Shown piece after piece: positions 28,590-39,236 of a stretch of 64,000 nucleotides of DNA. Positions within the stretch are counted from its first letter, which is position 1. Every line of letters starts with the position of its first letter. The translations under genes and the position numbers were made by a program. The DNA is taken from positions 1 through 64,000 of the IMG/VR virus record IMGVR_UViG_3300030117_002316. One strand, 5' to 3'. This DNA is from an uncultured virus (IMG/VR IMGVR_UViG_3300030117_002316). Taxonomy: Duplodnaviria > Heunggongvirae > Uroviricota > Caudoviricetes. Under the pieces are notes generated by a model. It was not told the DNA's origin. It saw nothing but the letters and a program-made list of their open reading frames with translations, and did no database searches.

Positions 28590-28778
28590 TAGGGGAAGAC
28601 GGACCCCAATTTGGAGATTGTGTTAACAGGTTGTAATCCCTCCTAGTGGATACTGGGACAATGGATGCTACCGCTCTATGCAAATCCGCCTCAGAGAAGG
28701 ACTCCTTTGGAAAAATCCTAACTGTTGAATCGTAATCCGTGACAATAGTTTTATTTTATTTTAAAAAGGAGAACAGCA

Positions 28779-30041
28779 ATGACTACACCTGCTGATCTTG
28801 TACAAAATCAATTAGCCTACAGAGAAAATGTAGGCGCAGCCACCTCTGGTGCTGCATATAGTGACGGCGTAACCGCCGGTAAGCTTTGGCTTCCGATTTG
28901 GTCGGGAGAAGTCATCAATGCGTATGACGAATTTAATATGTTTGAGCAGTTGGTTACTTCCAGAGTTATTCCTAGCGGAACAACGATGGAATTCCCCATC
29001 ACAGGAACCGTGGCTTTAGAGCCTAGCTGGGATGCTGGTCAGGAACTGATCGGTGGATCCGATGCTAAAACCTCGACGTTCGCAGTCAGCTTAGATAAGC
29101 GACCAATGGCCGCTCACTTCGAAATTGACAACGTTGACCTTATGCTGACTCAGTGGGAGTTCCGTAACGAGCTGGCAAGACAGGCCGCTATGACTCTGGC
29201 TAACACCAGAGACAAGCAGCTCTATTCTTACCTTGTTCGTGCGGCTGTTACTAGTCAGATCGCTAACGATCCTCGTCCTGCTTTGAACTTGGATAGTGCG
29301 TTATATGGCGATGATGGCACTGGTTCATTAAAGCTTTCTTCATGGGGTACTGCTGGAGCAACTGCTGCTCACCGAGCAACTGGTGCTCTTTCAGCTCTTG
29401 AGAAGGTTGAGAAGTACATCGTATTCCTTCAGGAAAACAACATCCCATACGATCAGTTATTCATGGCTGTGAGCCCACAGTGCTTCATGGATATCCGTTC
29501 ACTGGGTGTTGCTAGAACTAATGATAACTTAAGTTCTGGTGGCCGTCAGCTGTACTTCGGTGGCAACACTGAGGGTGGTTACGGTACTGGTCTTGGTAAC
29601 CATCTGACTGATAGCTATGGTCAGCTCCATGATACTCTTGAGTATATGGGTTGTACTATTATCAAGACGAACCACGGTGCGGATCAGCTCAGAGATATCT
29701 CTGGTGCTACTACGATTGGCGAAGCTAAGTACAATCTTGACTTCTTGATGGGTATGACAGACACCAGTACAGAAACTACTGGTGTTCGTGCTGTCATGTT
29801 CACGCCTGATGCAGTTGCTTCCCTTAGACTTCAGGGTCTTAAGGTTGACACTGTTGATGACGTTCGTCGAAACACGACCTTCACGGTCGCTTCGATGATG
29901 CAGGGTACGGGCGTTCTTCGTCCCGAGTGTGCTGCAATTATCCACGCGGGTAATGCGTCGCACGCCGACAACGACACAAGGTTAGATCTTCGAGGAGCTG
30001 CTAAGCTTGATGTTGATGCTGACGGTTACGTTCAGCAGTGA
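28779..30041 (+). CDS. Major capsid protein (T7 gp10-like)
   Basis: LWLPIWSGEV, GTTMEFPITG, GTGVLRPECA motifs. Confidence 0.95.
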   Translation: MTTPADLVQNQLAYRENVGAATSGAAYSDGVTAGKLWLPIWSGEVINAYDEFNMFEQLVTSRVIPSGTTMEFPITGTVALEPSWDAGQELIGGSDAKTSTFAVSLDKRPMAAHFEIDNVDLMLTQWEFRNELARQAAMTLANTRDKQLYSYLVRAAVTSQIANDPRPALNLDSALYGDDGTGSLKLSSWGTAGATAAHRATGALSALEKVEKYIVFLQENNIPYDQLFMAVSPQCFMDIRSLGVARTNDNLSSGGRQLYFGGNTEGGYGTGLGNHLTDSYGQLHDTLEYMGCTIIKTNHGADQLRDISGATTIGEAKYNLDFLMGMTDTSTETTGVRAVMFTPDAVASLRLQGLKVDTVDDVRRNTTFTVASMMQGTGVLRPECAAIIHAGNASHADNDTRLDLRGAAKLDVDADGYVQQ

Positions 30042-30078
30042 TTGAACTAGTGTAACATTAGTTACGCTATTTGATACA

Positions 30079-30117
30079 TCCCCCGCTGCCCCACGTTGGG
30101 TGGCGGGGGACTTTTTT
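30079..30117 (+). terminator. Intrinsic terminator after capsid gene (T-phi-like position)
   Basis: TCCCCCGCTGCCC/GGGTGGCGGGGGA stem followed by CTTTTTT. Confidence 0.9.
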
Positions 30118-30131
30118 ATAAGGAGATTCTC

Positions 30132-30788
30132 ATGGGTGTTATATCTAGACTTGATGCTGTAAATCATATGTTGTTGATGGCAGGAGAATCTCTTGTGTCC
30201 GACCTAGAGGGCAACAGCGGTATGGATACTGAGGTAGCTGAGTTTGTATTAGATCAGTTTGTTCAGGACTTCCAACTCCGTGGGATTGCAAACAATAGTT
30301 TTCTTAGAAAGGAAAACTTAACCGAAGACGGGAGAATTAGACTCCCGGCTAATACTTTATCTGCTGAGCTAACCTCATACCATACTAACGATGATGGATG
30401 GAAGATAGTAGGATTAGCGAAGGGAGATCCTGATAAGTATTTATTTAATGTTACTGAACAAACATATGAATGGGATAAGAATAAAGATTACTACATTGAA
30501 ATAATCCACTCAATTACATGGAACGATATGGATACTCCTGTACAACGAGGTATATTATCTGCTGCTGCAAGACAGTATCAAATGGTAACTCAAGGTGACG
30601 GGGATGCAGACATTTACTTACAGGGACTTGAAGAACTCTATGTCACAGGAGCTAAGGCTTCTATTCTCGATGACAAGAGAAGAAATATATTTAATTCTGG
30701 TACTGGAAAACTTCAGGCTATTCTTAACAGAAGACTTGGAACTAATGATCCAGCAAGATTTAGATTCTGGCGAACAGTAGGAGACTGA
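30132..30788 (+). CDS. Tail tubular protein A (T7 gp11-like)
   Basis: LDAVNHMLLMAGE; AGGAG RBS before ATG 30132. Confidence 0.9.
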   Translation: MGVISRLDAVNHMLLMAGESLVSDLEGNSGMDTEVAEFVLDQFVQDFQLRGIANNSFLRKENLTEDGRIRLPANTLSAELTSYHTNDDGWKIVGLAKGDPDKYLFNVTEQTYEWDKNKDYYIEIIHSITWNDMDTPVQRGILSAAARQYQMVTQGDGDADIYLQGLEELYVTGAKASILDDKRRNIFNSGTGKLQAILNRRLGTNDPARFRFWRTVGD

Positions 30789-30791
30789 TGA

Positions 30792-33524
30792 ATGGCTCAA
30801 TCACCGCAACCGGGTAGAAATAAAAGATCGTCATACTTCCCAGTAAAACTACCAGTCAATACTCTTAGTGGGGGAGTAGGAAGACAGGCTCCAAGTAAAA
30901 GACTTCCGTCAGAAGCAGAAGAGCTTGAGAATCTATTCTGCACTAACGAAAGATCAATAGATAAGAGATCTGGGTTTAGACCTTTAGCTGATAATTTTTA
31001 TAGTTTTTTAAACATTGAGGATCCCGCTGCAAAAGACTTATGGTACTATTGGTTTGAGGTAAATGAGGATGCTAATTATTTAATTGTTATAGATTACAAA
31101 GCAAGAGAAATTGATTCAAAGTTGATGTGGGTTTTTAAAGTAAGTAATACTTCTTTTAATACTCAAGCTGTTGAGACAGGTGCTGATATAAATGAAGACT
31201 GCCGTAAGTATATAACATACGGTTCGGAGTTAGCACAAAATAGGGCTAAGGATGTTCTTCGAGCGGTAAGTATTGGTTCTACTATTGTTATCTTAAATAC
31301 TTTAGTTAAAGCTGGATTTAGTTCTGATGGTAAAGAAAGACAAGTAGGTGGGGAAAGCGGACATTGGTTACATAATCTAGATGGCACTGTCTCTACCACT
31401 TCTTCAGACATAGACTGGAAGGGCCGACCTGTTGAGTATCAGACAGCCGCTCCTGTAGATCCAAATGGAGTTGCAGAGTACTGGACAACTGCGGACAATT
31501 ATGTTTGGGGGGAAGAAGTTATAGATGGTACTGACGCTGGTAATGATAGGATATTTGAAGTAAAGCCGGGCGTTGCCAATAATGAGTTACCGGGACCATA
31601 CAATACCGATACTACTGCACCTAGTGGTAATGGAACTGATTGGCAATTAGTCGATCCTCCTCGAAGTGCTAAATATATACCCGTTGAAGAGTTCCTTTAC
31701 CCCGATCCAGATAAACAATATCTCGGACAGTCTGTAGCGAGGTTCAGTGACCTTAGGTTTCCTCCTGAAGGAGACGGTACAGTTGCGTCCTTAGGTGACA
31801 GCTATAAACATAACGGAGACGTACATGTTAGAAACATGTTAAAACTGTTATATCCTTTAGATGGTCCTCTTGAAGATGAGTATAGAGGGAAGGGGAAAAT
31901 ATACTACTTATCACAAGCATATCTTTCAAGTTCTCCGGGTTGGTATAGAGTCATTAATGAAGTATCAAAACCATATTTAAAAAAGGTAAGAACCCCTGAC
32001 AAGATGTCTTTGTTGGATGACAGACGAATGCCAATGCAGGTATACATTTCAGGAATACCTTCTGATAACTTACCAAACGGCGGGTGGCGGATAAGGAAAA
32101 TTGGTTGGGATCCAAGAACATCTGGCACAGGTAATAGTAACCCCGGTCCTTCTCCTTTTAAAGACGAGAACGGAAACGCGGTACAAAAGGCTCTTAAGGC
32201 AATTGCGTTTTATAGGGATAGGCTTTTCCTTTCTACTGATGACACCCTGTTTTCTAGTAGGCTAGGAGATTTTGATAACTTTTTTATTTCCGATCCAGCT
32301 ACCGTAGAGTTTAGAGACCCAATTGATTTGAAAGTATCGTCTAATAAATACACACCCATTACTTATCTACTCCCATATAGAGACTTCCTATTCTTAGCTA
32401 CATCAGGTGAAACACAGTATGAGTTGATGGGTTCTGAGAACCAGATCTCTCCACTATCAGCAGAGATTGCTCCTACTTCCTTTTATCCAATGAGTTCAAA
32501 AATAGCTCCTATTGTTTTGAATAACAACTTATTCTTTTACGCAAACAATAGGCTGTATATTTATTTCGGTAGTACGACCGACTCACCTCAGCAGGCGTAT
32601 GAGGTATCTAGACCTGCTCCTAATTACCTACCGACTGAGTTTTATGATGTGACTGCTTCTGCTGCACACAATACTCTGTTTGTTGTAGAGGAAAGAGACG
32701 AAAAGCCTACGAATAATATATTCTGTTTTAGAAATGTTATTTCACAGGAGTCGATTCTCCAAAACGCTTTCTTTAAATATACTACATCAACCGGAGATAT
32801 TGAATCTATAAACGCAATAGGAGACTATTTATTTATAGTGACACAGGAAGAAGAAAATGGGGAGTTCAAATTAGCCGTACAAAAAATGTATCTATATCCA
32901 GATGAAAAAGAAATCCCTAGATTAGACAGACTACAGTTAAAATCATTTGAGTGCTCTTTTGATAATGAATTAAACGAGAGTATTTTTACTTTTGACTCGG
33001 GAGTACCAGACTGGAATCAAGGTGTAATATATTCTGGAAACAGAAAGGGAGATATTGTATCTTTAGATTTTGCAGGATACAAAGAAGGAACTGGCAGTCC
33101 TCAGTTTAAAGGTAAAGGAGACTGGACTAACACCTCGTCTATGTGGATAGGAACTTCGTACACAGCTAAGGCTGTTCTATCTCCTTTATACCTCAGAGAT
33201 GAACAAAACAATGTTATACCGGGATCCTTTAACTTAAGATATGGAGTATTTAGGCACTTTAATACTGGAAAATATGATGTAAGTATTGTAAGAAAGAAGA
33301 GAGATCCTGTTATATATACTTTTAACCCAAGAATTTTAGGCTCTGTTGACGCAGAATACGGTTCCCCTGTTACCGAGGAAAACGGGACATTTAAGTTTAG
33401 TATATTAGGATTCACAGATGATATTAAAATTGAATTATTATCTGATTATCCGCATGCAATGAACATTACCAATATGGAATTTACTGGAAAGTTTAAGAGG
33501 ACTCCGCACTTCTTAACTTCATAG
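30792..33524 (+). CDS. Tail tubular protein B (T7 gp12-like)
   Basis: LSGGVGRQA, IDKRSG, FYRDRLF, DPID motifs. Confidence 0.9.
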   Translation: MAQSPQPGRNKRSSYFPVKLPVNTLSGGVGRQAPSKRLPSEAEELENLFCTNERSIDKRSGFRPLADNFYSFLNIEDPAAKDLWYYWFEVNEDANYLIVIDYKAREIDSKLMWVFKVSNTSFNTQAVETGADINEDCRKYITYGSELAQNRAKDVLRAVSIGSTIVILNTLVKAGFSSDGKERQVGGESGHWLHNLDGTVSTTSSDIDWKGRPVEYQTAAPVDPNGVAEYWTTADNYVWGEEVIDGTDAGNDRIFEVKPGVANNELPGPYNTDTTAPSGNGTDWQLVDPPRSAKYIPVEEFLYPDPDKQYLGQSVARFSDLRFPPEGDGTVASLGDSYKHNGDVHVRNMLKLLYPLDGPLEDEYRGKGKIYYLSQAYLSSSPGWYRVINEVSKPYLKKVRTPDKMSLLDDRRMPMQVYISGIPSDNLPNGGWRIRKIGWDPRTSGTGNSNPGPSPFKDENGNAVQKALKAIAFYRDRLFLSTDDTLFSSRLGDFDNFFISDPATVEFRDPIDLKVSSNKYTPITYLLPYRDFLFLATSGETQYELMGSENQISPLSAEIAPTSFYPMSSKIAPIVLNNNLFFYANNRLYIYFGSTTDSPQQAYEVSRPAPNYLPTEFYDVTASAAHNTLFVVEERDEKPTNNIFCFRNVISQESILQNAFFKYTTSTGDIESINAIGDYLFIVTQEEENGEFKLAVQKMYLYPDEKEIPRLDRLQLKSFECSFDNELNESIFTFDSGVPDWNQGVIYSGNRKGDIVSLDFAGYKEGTGSPQFKGKGDWTNTSSMWIGTSYTAKAVLSPLYLRDEQNNVIPGSFNLRYGVFRHFNTGKYDVSIVRKKRDPVIYTFNPRILGSVDAEYGSPVTEENGTFKFSILGFTDDIKIELLSDYPHAMNITNMEFTGKFKRTPHFLTS

Positions 33525-33537
33525 AGGAGATCAACTC

Positions 33538-36500
33538 GTGGCGTACAATAATAACTCAAATAAGTCTACCTTTATAAAATTAACTGGTCAGGCTGTAATA
33601 GACAATAGTTATAAAATAGATTACAGTAGCTTAATAGATCCAACTGATAGACTAAGCTCTTCTATTAATGACCAAGATGAGTTGGTAGTCGTTAGAAAGT
33701 TTGATGCAAGCACAATAGATGATAGTGATTATACTCATGCTTCCAGTCCTATTCTTGCAAGCGAGGCTTGGTCAGCTTGGACATTACCAAATTCGAATGA
33801 CAGTGGTAGTTCTATGTACACAGTTGATAGTGTGTCAAAAGAAATTGTGTTTAAAACAACAACTGCTTCTGGAGAGTATGATTGGACTACGCCACAAAGC
33901 GGAAGGACCGCTACAATTTCTCTTCCAACTATATCCTCCTCTGATACAATATATGTTTTGCGGAAAACATACGGACTTACAAAACTTGTAGAGTTTACCA
34001 GTGGCTCTAGAATAAACGCCGACAACCTAAATTACATCATAGACCAGTTGCTTTTCCTTGTTCAAGAAGGAACGGACATGATGTACAATCTCCAAGAGTG
34101 GAGCCCAATGATTGGTCAGCCAAACGGTTTGGTTACGTTAGATGCTACCGGAGCTATTCCAAATTCATATACAAACGTATCAACCGAAGATGGTGTTCAG
34201 GGTACAGGAGTTACTGGAGACAAGGTTAGACTAAACCTGTCTGATGATTCCTTAGTAATTTCAGGAGAAGCTGTTAAAGTAAATACTGTGGATAGTCTTG
34301 TTAGTGAATCCACAACTCAGCCTTTATCTGCAAAACAAGGCAAAGAACTTAAAACTAGTGTTGATGCTCTTAGTGCTGGTGTTGTATATAGGGGAACTAT
34401 TGATTTACATCCTAACGGAGCAAGTACAGCAGCTCCTACTAGCCCAGCTGCTGGTGATACCTATGATATTATTAGATCAAGTGGTAGCGGTGCATTTACT
34501 ATGACCAACTTCAATAACCTAAGCTTAGAAGCTGGGGATATTATTAGATACTCTGGGTCTGCTTGGGTTGAAACGGCACAAGCTTCTACTCTTAGATCTG
34601 ACGGTAGTGTTGGATTATCGGCTGACTGGAACGCTGGCACACACTCTATCACAGCTAAGACAGAAGCAGCTACAGATAATAGTACTAAGCTAGCTAGTAC
34701 AGCTTTTGTTAAGAGTGTGGATCTTGCTGACTTTGCTGATGTTACTGATTATGGAGCAGGTACAAATAATCATGTACTGAAAAGAGTATCAGGTGCATGG
34801 GTAAGCGTTAGTCCCGGTGATTCAACTAACGGCTTCTCCCTTCACGATCTTAAAGATGTACACACTGCCGCTTCTGATGGACAGTTCCTTAAATGGAACG
34901 GTACAGATAGTAGATGGGAAGGAGCGTCGACAGGTGCTTCTGCTAAGATTGCAGAACCCGCAACGGGAAATGCTGATGGTACAACAGATGATCAATCTAC
35001 TCTTTCTGATTTACTTACAGGAGTAGGTATAGCAGGTGGAGCAGTATCTACAGCTAGTGTATACGGCTCCGCAGATTTATTAGGAAGGCATTTCGGTGTT
35101 AACAGTAAAATAGAAATGTTTACTAAGAATGATGTTCAAGTAAGACATGGTAAATTAAACTGGACAAAAAAAGATTCAGACGGAACTACTGCTAATGGTA
35201 CTATGATAACGTGTCCTACAGAAACTAATGTTTCTACTTTCTTATCCTCGGCAAGTGTGTCAACGGGAGACCAGACAATAGAAGTAGACAGTGGTACAAA
35301 CCTACTTGCAGGCGATCTGATTCAAATATATACTACAAGTGACAGCAGTAGTAATAACATTTTAGGTATTAGGGAAGGTAACGTGCATCAGTTTGAGTTA
35401 CACTATATTGAAAGTATAACAGGAGGCTCGATAAGATTAAGGGATCCTCTTCTCCATGACTATGTTCATGGAAGCGATGCTACACACACTACGGTTAAAA
35501 AGCTAGGAAGTACTACAAACGCAGCACAACAACCCCATGATATTATTTTTGAAGACATGGTTTTTGAAGATACCTTACATGCTTGGGATACTATAGCTAA
35601 TAGTGCTGTTACTTTTAATCAAGCTACTTATGGTAATCAAGTTCTCAGAATAGGTTGGTCAGATACTGGGCTAAATGACGACGCAAAGGCAACGTTCTCA
35701 GGTCTTATGATAGATGCTTCTCCAGCAGACGCAAATAACAAATGGGCTACAGCACCATCCTATGGATGGATAAATAACAAGACTATGCCCGTATCTTTCG
35801 ATCAAGCTACGGTTAATTTAACATGTACTGATGGAGATGGAAACGTTACAACAGGTGCTGTAGGAACTACTTCTGATCAAATTACTCTTATTTCCACAGA
35901 CGGAACAGAAAAAGTTTACTTCATTACCGATACCGCCGCTAGTGGTGCTGCTACGGGTACAATACTGGCTGCGGATACAGTTATAGGTGGTGGAACTACT
36001 CAGGCTGGAGCAGGTAACGTAGGTAAGATTGCTGTAGGTATTAATACTACTGGTACGCCAGCAAACCAGAATGCTTTATTGGTTCAGCTTAAGGCTGCAA
36101 TTGAACACACAAACGGTCATAACGGTAAGATTGCAGTTGGAAGTGTTCCTGTCGCAGCAGATGGTAACCAGTCGATTACCCTTACTCAAGTTGAAGGAGG
36201 ATCCGCAGGCAATACTTCTATTACTGAAACCTTGGATGATGTTGCCCCATCTGCTGGTGCTTTTAGTGGTGGTAGTGCAAGTACGTTTAATGTTAGCTTT
36301 GCTGGAGATGGTGCGGGTAATTTTGAATCTGGAACATCCGGATCTGCCGACAGTACCGACACAATTCTAGGAATGATAGGTGGTAGTGTTGGAATCCATA
36401 TTGAAAATGGTTATCGTATAGTATTTAGAAGATGTAGGTTTAAGGGGTTTAGTTTCGGACAAGTTAAACTTACTGGATGTAGAGATGTTACGTTTGATGA

Positions 36501-38427
36501 TTGTATGTTTGAAGACATGAAGTGGACGGGCTCTGAAGGAAATGCGGTTGTTTTAAAGAAATGTTCAGACATTACTTTTAGAGGATGTACCTTTAGAAAC
36601 GTAAGTCATGGCATTGCTTATGACGGAGCAGGAGGATACACCGCAGTATCTGGGCTGACTATTGAAAACTGTAAGTTTAAGAGCGTGACATCTGGTGTAA
36701 GAGATATTAATAATGGAGTTGCTTGGGATGTGAATGTAAGTAACACTACTGTAGATTGCGTCTCCTTTAACCCATACCGTAACTACCCAATAGCTGATGA
36801 AACTATTTCGTATCCTTCTACAGGAATGAAGTTAGTTGGTCTAAACTTTAATATAGATAACTTTAGATGTAATAATCATAGCAAGTGGACAGAAGTAACT
36901 CCTACAGAAACCAGTGCATCGGAACAGCTTACAGACTATTACGGCACAGGAAAGGGATGGTCTACGAGATGGACCTCAAACAGTTATAACAACTTTGCAG
37001 GAAACTCTATCTCAGGACGAAGACATCCTATAGCGGCGTTTGGTTTAAAGATTGTAACCTTTGGTAGATTTGATTTGATCACTAAAGAAGGCGAAGAAAA
37101 GTGGTCAAATTGGGATGATGTAAGCCCAGAATTAAATGCTTGTCAGGCGTTGAAAATAACAAACAGTGTTATAGATGCTTGGCTGTGCGGTATTCATATA
37201 AGTACAGAGATAGGTAAGGGGGCTAGTGCTACTGATTATGCTAATCAGAACATTACGCAAGGTATTCAAATCTCCGATAATAAAATACAAAGTATGTGTA
37301 ACGGTCTGACTATATATGGAGGAAAGAATAATAACGCTGGCATGGAAAACGTACATGTTTCTTCCAATGTTATTGAAATGTGTAAATCAGGTACTTTAGC
37401 TCGGTTCCCCGGTGTAAGAAAATTACAGGCATTAACAGGAACCAGTAGAGATGGGCTAGTAGTTAATTGCGACAGTGCTTCTGAGTTTGCAGAAGGACCG
37501 GCTTTACCTCAATTTGCACATTGTGTAAGAGTATGGTGTGATATTAAAGGTAATTTTAACGAACCTACTCAAGGGGATGCTAGGTTAGTTAGAAACCAGA
37601 ACATACGTTTTGATAATAATACAATGTCGTCTTGGGGTATTAATGCTCATACAATGAGAACGGCGGGGTATGAAACTGGTTTTGTACATATGCATGAGCT
37701 TCCTTATACTTCTACTAGTATCACTAATACTAGAGAGCTATTGGACTCGCAGCAAGGTTTGTTTATTATCTGGGGATGTAAAACAGGAGGTGAAATATGG
37801 GCCAGAGGTAAGGAATTCCCGGCCGCACCCCAGTGGACTAGTCATCGAAAGAAAACACAAAACACAAATAACCTACAAATTGAGGGTAATACATTTAATG
37901 CAAAGGGTTGGGGATTACAACGACATATTACCAGCTGTATTCTCCAACAATACGGCCCTCATATCATTGGAATGACTATGAATAGAGACGATTGGCAAAT
38001 TAATACATCCTATAGGCAGTCTACACACTATGTTGCTATAGGTAACTCTCTTATCTATCACAATACTACGTTGGGTTATAAGTGTTATTATGGCAATGAC
38101 GCGGTTGATGGTTATTACTCGGGTAACGAAGTTGTACTGTCAATTGGCGCTGGTAAAACTGTTTATCTAAACACCTTCGGACAGGTAAACTCTGCAAATC
38201 CTCAAGATGGTGGGTATGCTGCTCAGGCTGTTGGATGGGCGTACACCAGAGGAGGAGACGGCAGTACTTCGTATAACGGATACTACGGTTCTTATACAGG
38301 AGCGAAGGATTATTATCATCACAATTGGTGTGGAAGCAATAATGTAGTAACAACAGAAGCATATCTCAGTTATCACTCAGAAAATGCGTATTACCACGCT
38401 CACGATAAGCAGGTTCCAATAGATTAG
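33538..38427 (+). CDS. Tail fiber / tailspike with probable parallel beta-helix domain
   Basis: T7 gp17-like N-terminal adaptor (VLRKT...FTSGSRI.ADNLN...QLLFLVQE); beta-helix-like repeats (FRRCRF, DVTFDDCMF, DITFRGCTF, IENCKF). Confidence 0.85.
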   Translation: MAYNNNSNKSTFIKLTGQAVIDNSYKIDYSSLIDPTDRLSSSINDQDELVVVRKFDASTIDDSDYTHASSPILASEAWSAWTLPNSNDSGSSMYTVDSVSKEIVFKTTTASGEYDWTTPQSGRTATISLPTISSSDTIYVLRKTYGLTKLVEFTSGSRINADNLNYIIDQLLFLVQEGTDMMYNLQEWSPMIGQPNGLVTLDATGAIPNSYTNVSTEDGVQGTGVTGDKVRLNLSDDSLVISGEAVKVNTVDSLVSESTTQPLSAKQGKELKTSVDALSAGVVYRGTIDLHPNGASTAAPTSPAAGDTYDIIRSSGSGAFTMTNFNNLSLEAGDIIRYSGSAWVETAQASTLRSDGSVGLSADWNAGTHSITAKTEAATDNSTKLASTAFVKSVDLADFADVTDYGAGTNNHVLKRVSGAWVSVSPGDSTNGFSLHDLKDVHTAASDGQFLKWNGTDSRWEGASTGASAKIAEPATGNADGTTDDQSTLSDLLTGVGIAGGAVSTASVYGSADLLGRHFGVNSKIEMFTKNDVQVRHGKLNWTKKDSDGTTANGTMITCPTETNVSTFLSSASVSTGDQTIEVDSGTNLLAGDLIQIYTTSDSSSNNILGIREGNVHQFELHYIESITGGSIRLRDPLLHDYVHGSDATHTTVKKLGSTTNAAQQPHDIIFEDMVFEDTLHAWDTIANSAVTFNQATYGNQVLRIGWSDTGLNDDAKATFSGLMIDASPADANNKWATAPSYGWINNKTMPVSFDQATVNLTCTDGDGNVTTGAVGTTSDQITLISTDGTEKVYFITDTAASGAATGTILAADTVIGGGTTQAGAGNVGKIAVGINTTGTPANQNALLVQLKAAIEHTNGHNGKIAVGSVPVAADGNQSITLTQVEGGSAGNTSITETLDDVAPSAGAFSGGSASTFNVSFAGDGAGNFESGTSGSADSTDTILGMIGGSVGIHIENGYRIVFRRCRFKGFSFGQVKLTGCRDVTFDDCMFEDMKWTGSEGNAVVLKKCSDITFRGCTFRNVSHGIAYDGAGGYTAVSGLTIENCKFKSVTSGVRDINNGVAWDVNVSNTTVDCVSFNPYRNYPIADETISYPSTGMKLVGLNFNIDNFRCNNHSKWTEVTPTETSASEQLTDYYGTGKGWSTRWTSNSYNNFAGNSISGRRHPIAAFGLKIVTFGRFDLITKEGEEKWSNWDDVSPELNACQALKITNSVIDAWLCGIHISTEIGKGASATDYANQNITQGIQISDNKIQSMCNGLTIYGGKNNNAGMENVHVSSNVIEMCKSGTLARFPGVRKLQALTGTSRDGLVVNCDSASEFAEGPALPQFAHCVRVWCDIKGNFNEPTQGDARLVRNQNIRFDNNTMSSWGINAHTMRTAGYETGFVHMHELPYTSTSITNTRELLDSQQGLFIIWGCKTGGEIWARGKEFPAAPQWTSHRKKTQNTNNLQIEGNTFNAKGWGLQRHITSCILQQYGPHIIGMTMNRDDWQINTSYRQSTHYVAIGNSLIYHNTTLGYKCYYGNDAVDGYYSGNEVVLSIGAGKTVYLNTFGQVNSANPQDGGYAAQAVGWAYTRGGDGSTSYNGYYGSYTGAKDYYHHNWCGSNNVVTTEAYLSYHSENAYYHAHDKQVPID

Positions 38428-38443
38428 AAAGTGAATTCATACA

Positions 38444-38662
38444 ATGAACGAAACAAAACTAAACAAACTAAACGAGTTTCTGTTAGACTCTTTATTAGCA
38501 GATCTCAACGACCCCCAGAAATGCACGCCCGGATTATACCAAGTAATCCGTGGTTATTTAAATGATAACATTGGATTACTAGACACTATTCCTAAAGAAA
38601 CTTTAGATTCTTTAGAGTATAAATTAGCGGACAGTATTCCCTTTAAGAAGGAGGCCTCATAG
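38444..38662 (+). CDS. Probable terminase small subunit (T7 gp18-like)
   Basis: TPGLYQVIRGYLNDNI and LADSIPF pattern; upstream of large terminase. Confidence 0.7.
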   Translation: MNETKLNKLNEFLLDSLLADLNDPQKCTPGLYQVIRGYLNDNIGLLDTIPKETLDSLEYKLADSIPFKKEAS

Positions 38663-38778
38663 TGGCTGCAAATAAACGATATGCAAACGAATCGAAGAAG
38701 GCCTTTAACGATAGAAAGGCTAAAAAGGGAGCAGCACGTAAGGCTGCTAATAAAAGAGCAAAGAAAAAATATAAGTAA
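38662..38778 (+). CDS. 38-aa Lys/Ala-rich peptide
   Basis: AAGGAGG RBS, GTG start; MAANKRYANESKKAFNDRKAKKGAARKAANKRAKKKYK (hand-translated). Confidence 0.55.
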   Translation: MAANKRYANESKKAFNDRKAKKGAARKAANKRAKKKYK

Positions 38779-38799
38779 ACCTGAAAGGTGGTGATCATT

Positions 38800-39042
38800 A
38801 TGGCTAAAGGAAAAGGAAGCGGCGGAGCTGGAGTAGGCGGTAAGTATAATGGTAAGAAGAAGGGTTCTGGCTCCGGAGGAGGAGGCTCTCGTGGTGGAGG
38901 CGGCGCTAAGATTTCTCGTCGTAAGATGAGTGGTCACAGCTGCCCTCCTTCCCATGCAAGCAGAAGTGGCGGAGGTAGTGGCGGTGCTACTACAAAGCCG
39001 GGTAAGAAGGTAGTAAAGCCAAAGACTAGGCGACCCAAATGA
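38800..39042 (+). CDS. Gly/Lys-rich basic peptide
   Basis: AGGTGG RBS; low-complexity ORF. Confidence 0.55.
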   Translation: MAKGKGSGGAGVGGKYNGKKKGSGSGGGGSRGGGGAKISRRKMSGHSCPPSHASRSGGGSGGATTKPGKKVVKPKTRRPK

Positions 39043-39236
39043 GTTATCGCAACCAACAAACTTACACAAACAACGATAATCTGAGGCCTGCAAATAGACA
39101 AGAGCAGTTTAGTAAACAACAGTTTAATCAAAGCTATCTTAGTCAGGTTCCTAGACCTATGCAATACAGCACTACGCAGCCCAATAATTTAAACCCAACA
39201 AGAATAGGAGTAAGTAACAATGGCTTACAGCGTTAA
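39039..39236 (+). CDS. Gln/Asn-rich peptide
   Basis: ATGA overlap with previous ORF. Confidence 0.4.
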   Translation: MSYRNQQTYTNNDNLRPANRQEQFSKQQFNQSYLSQVPRPMQYSTTQPNNLNPTRIGVSNNGLQR

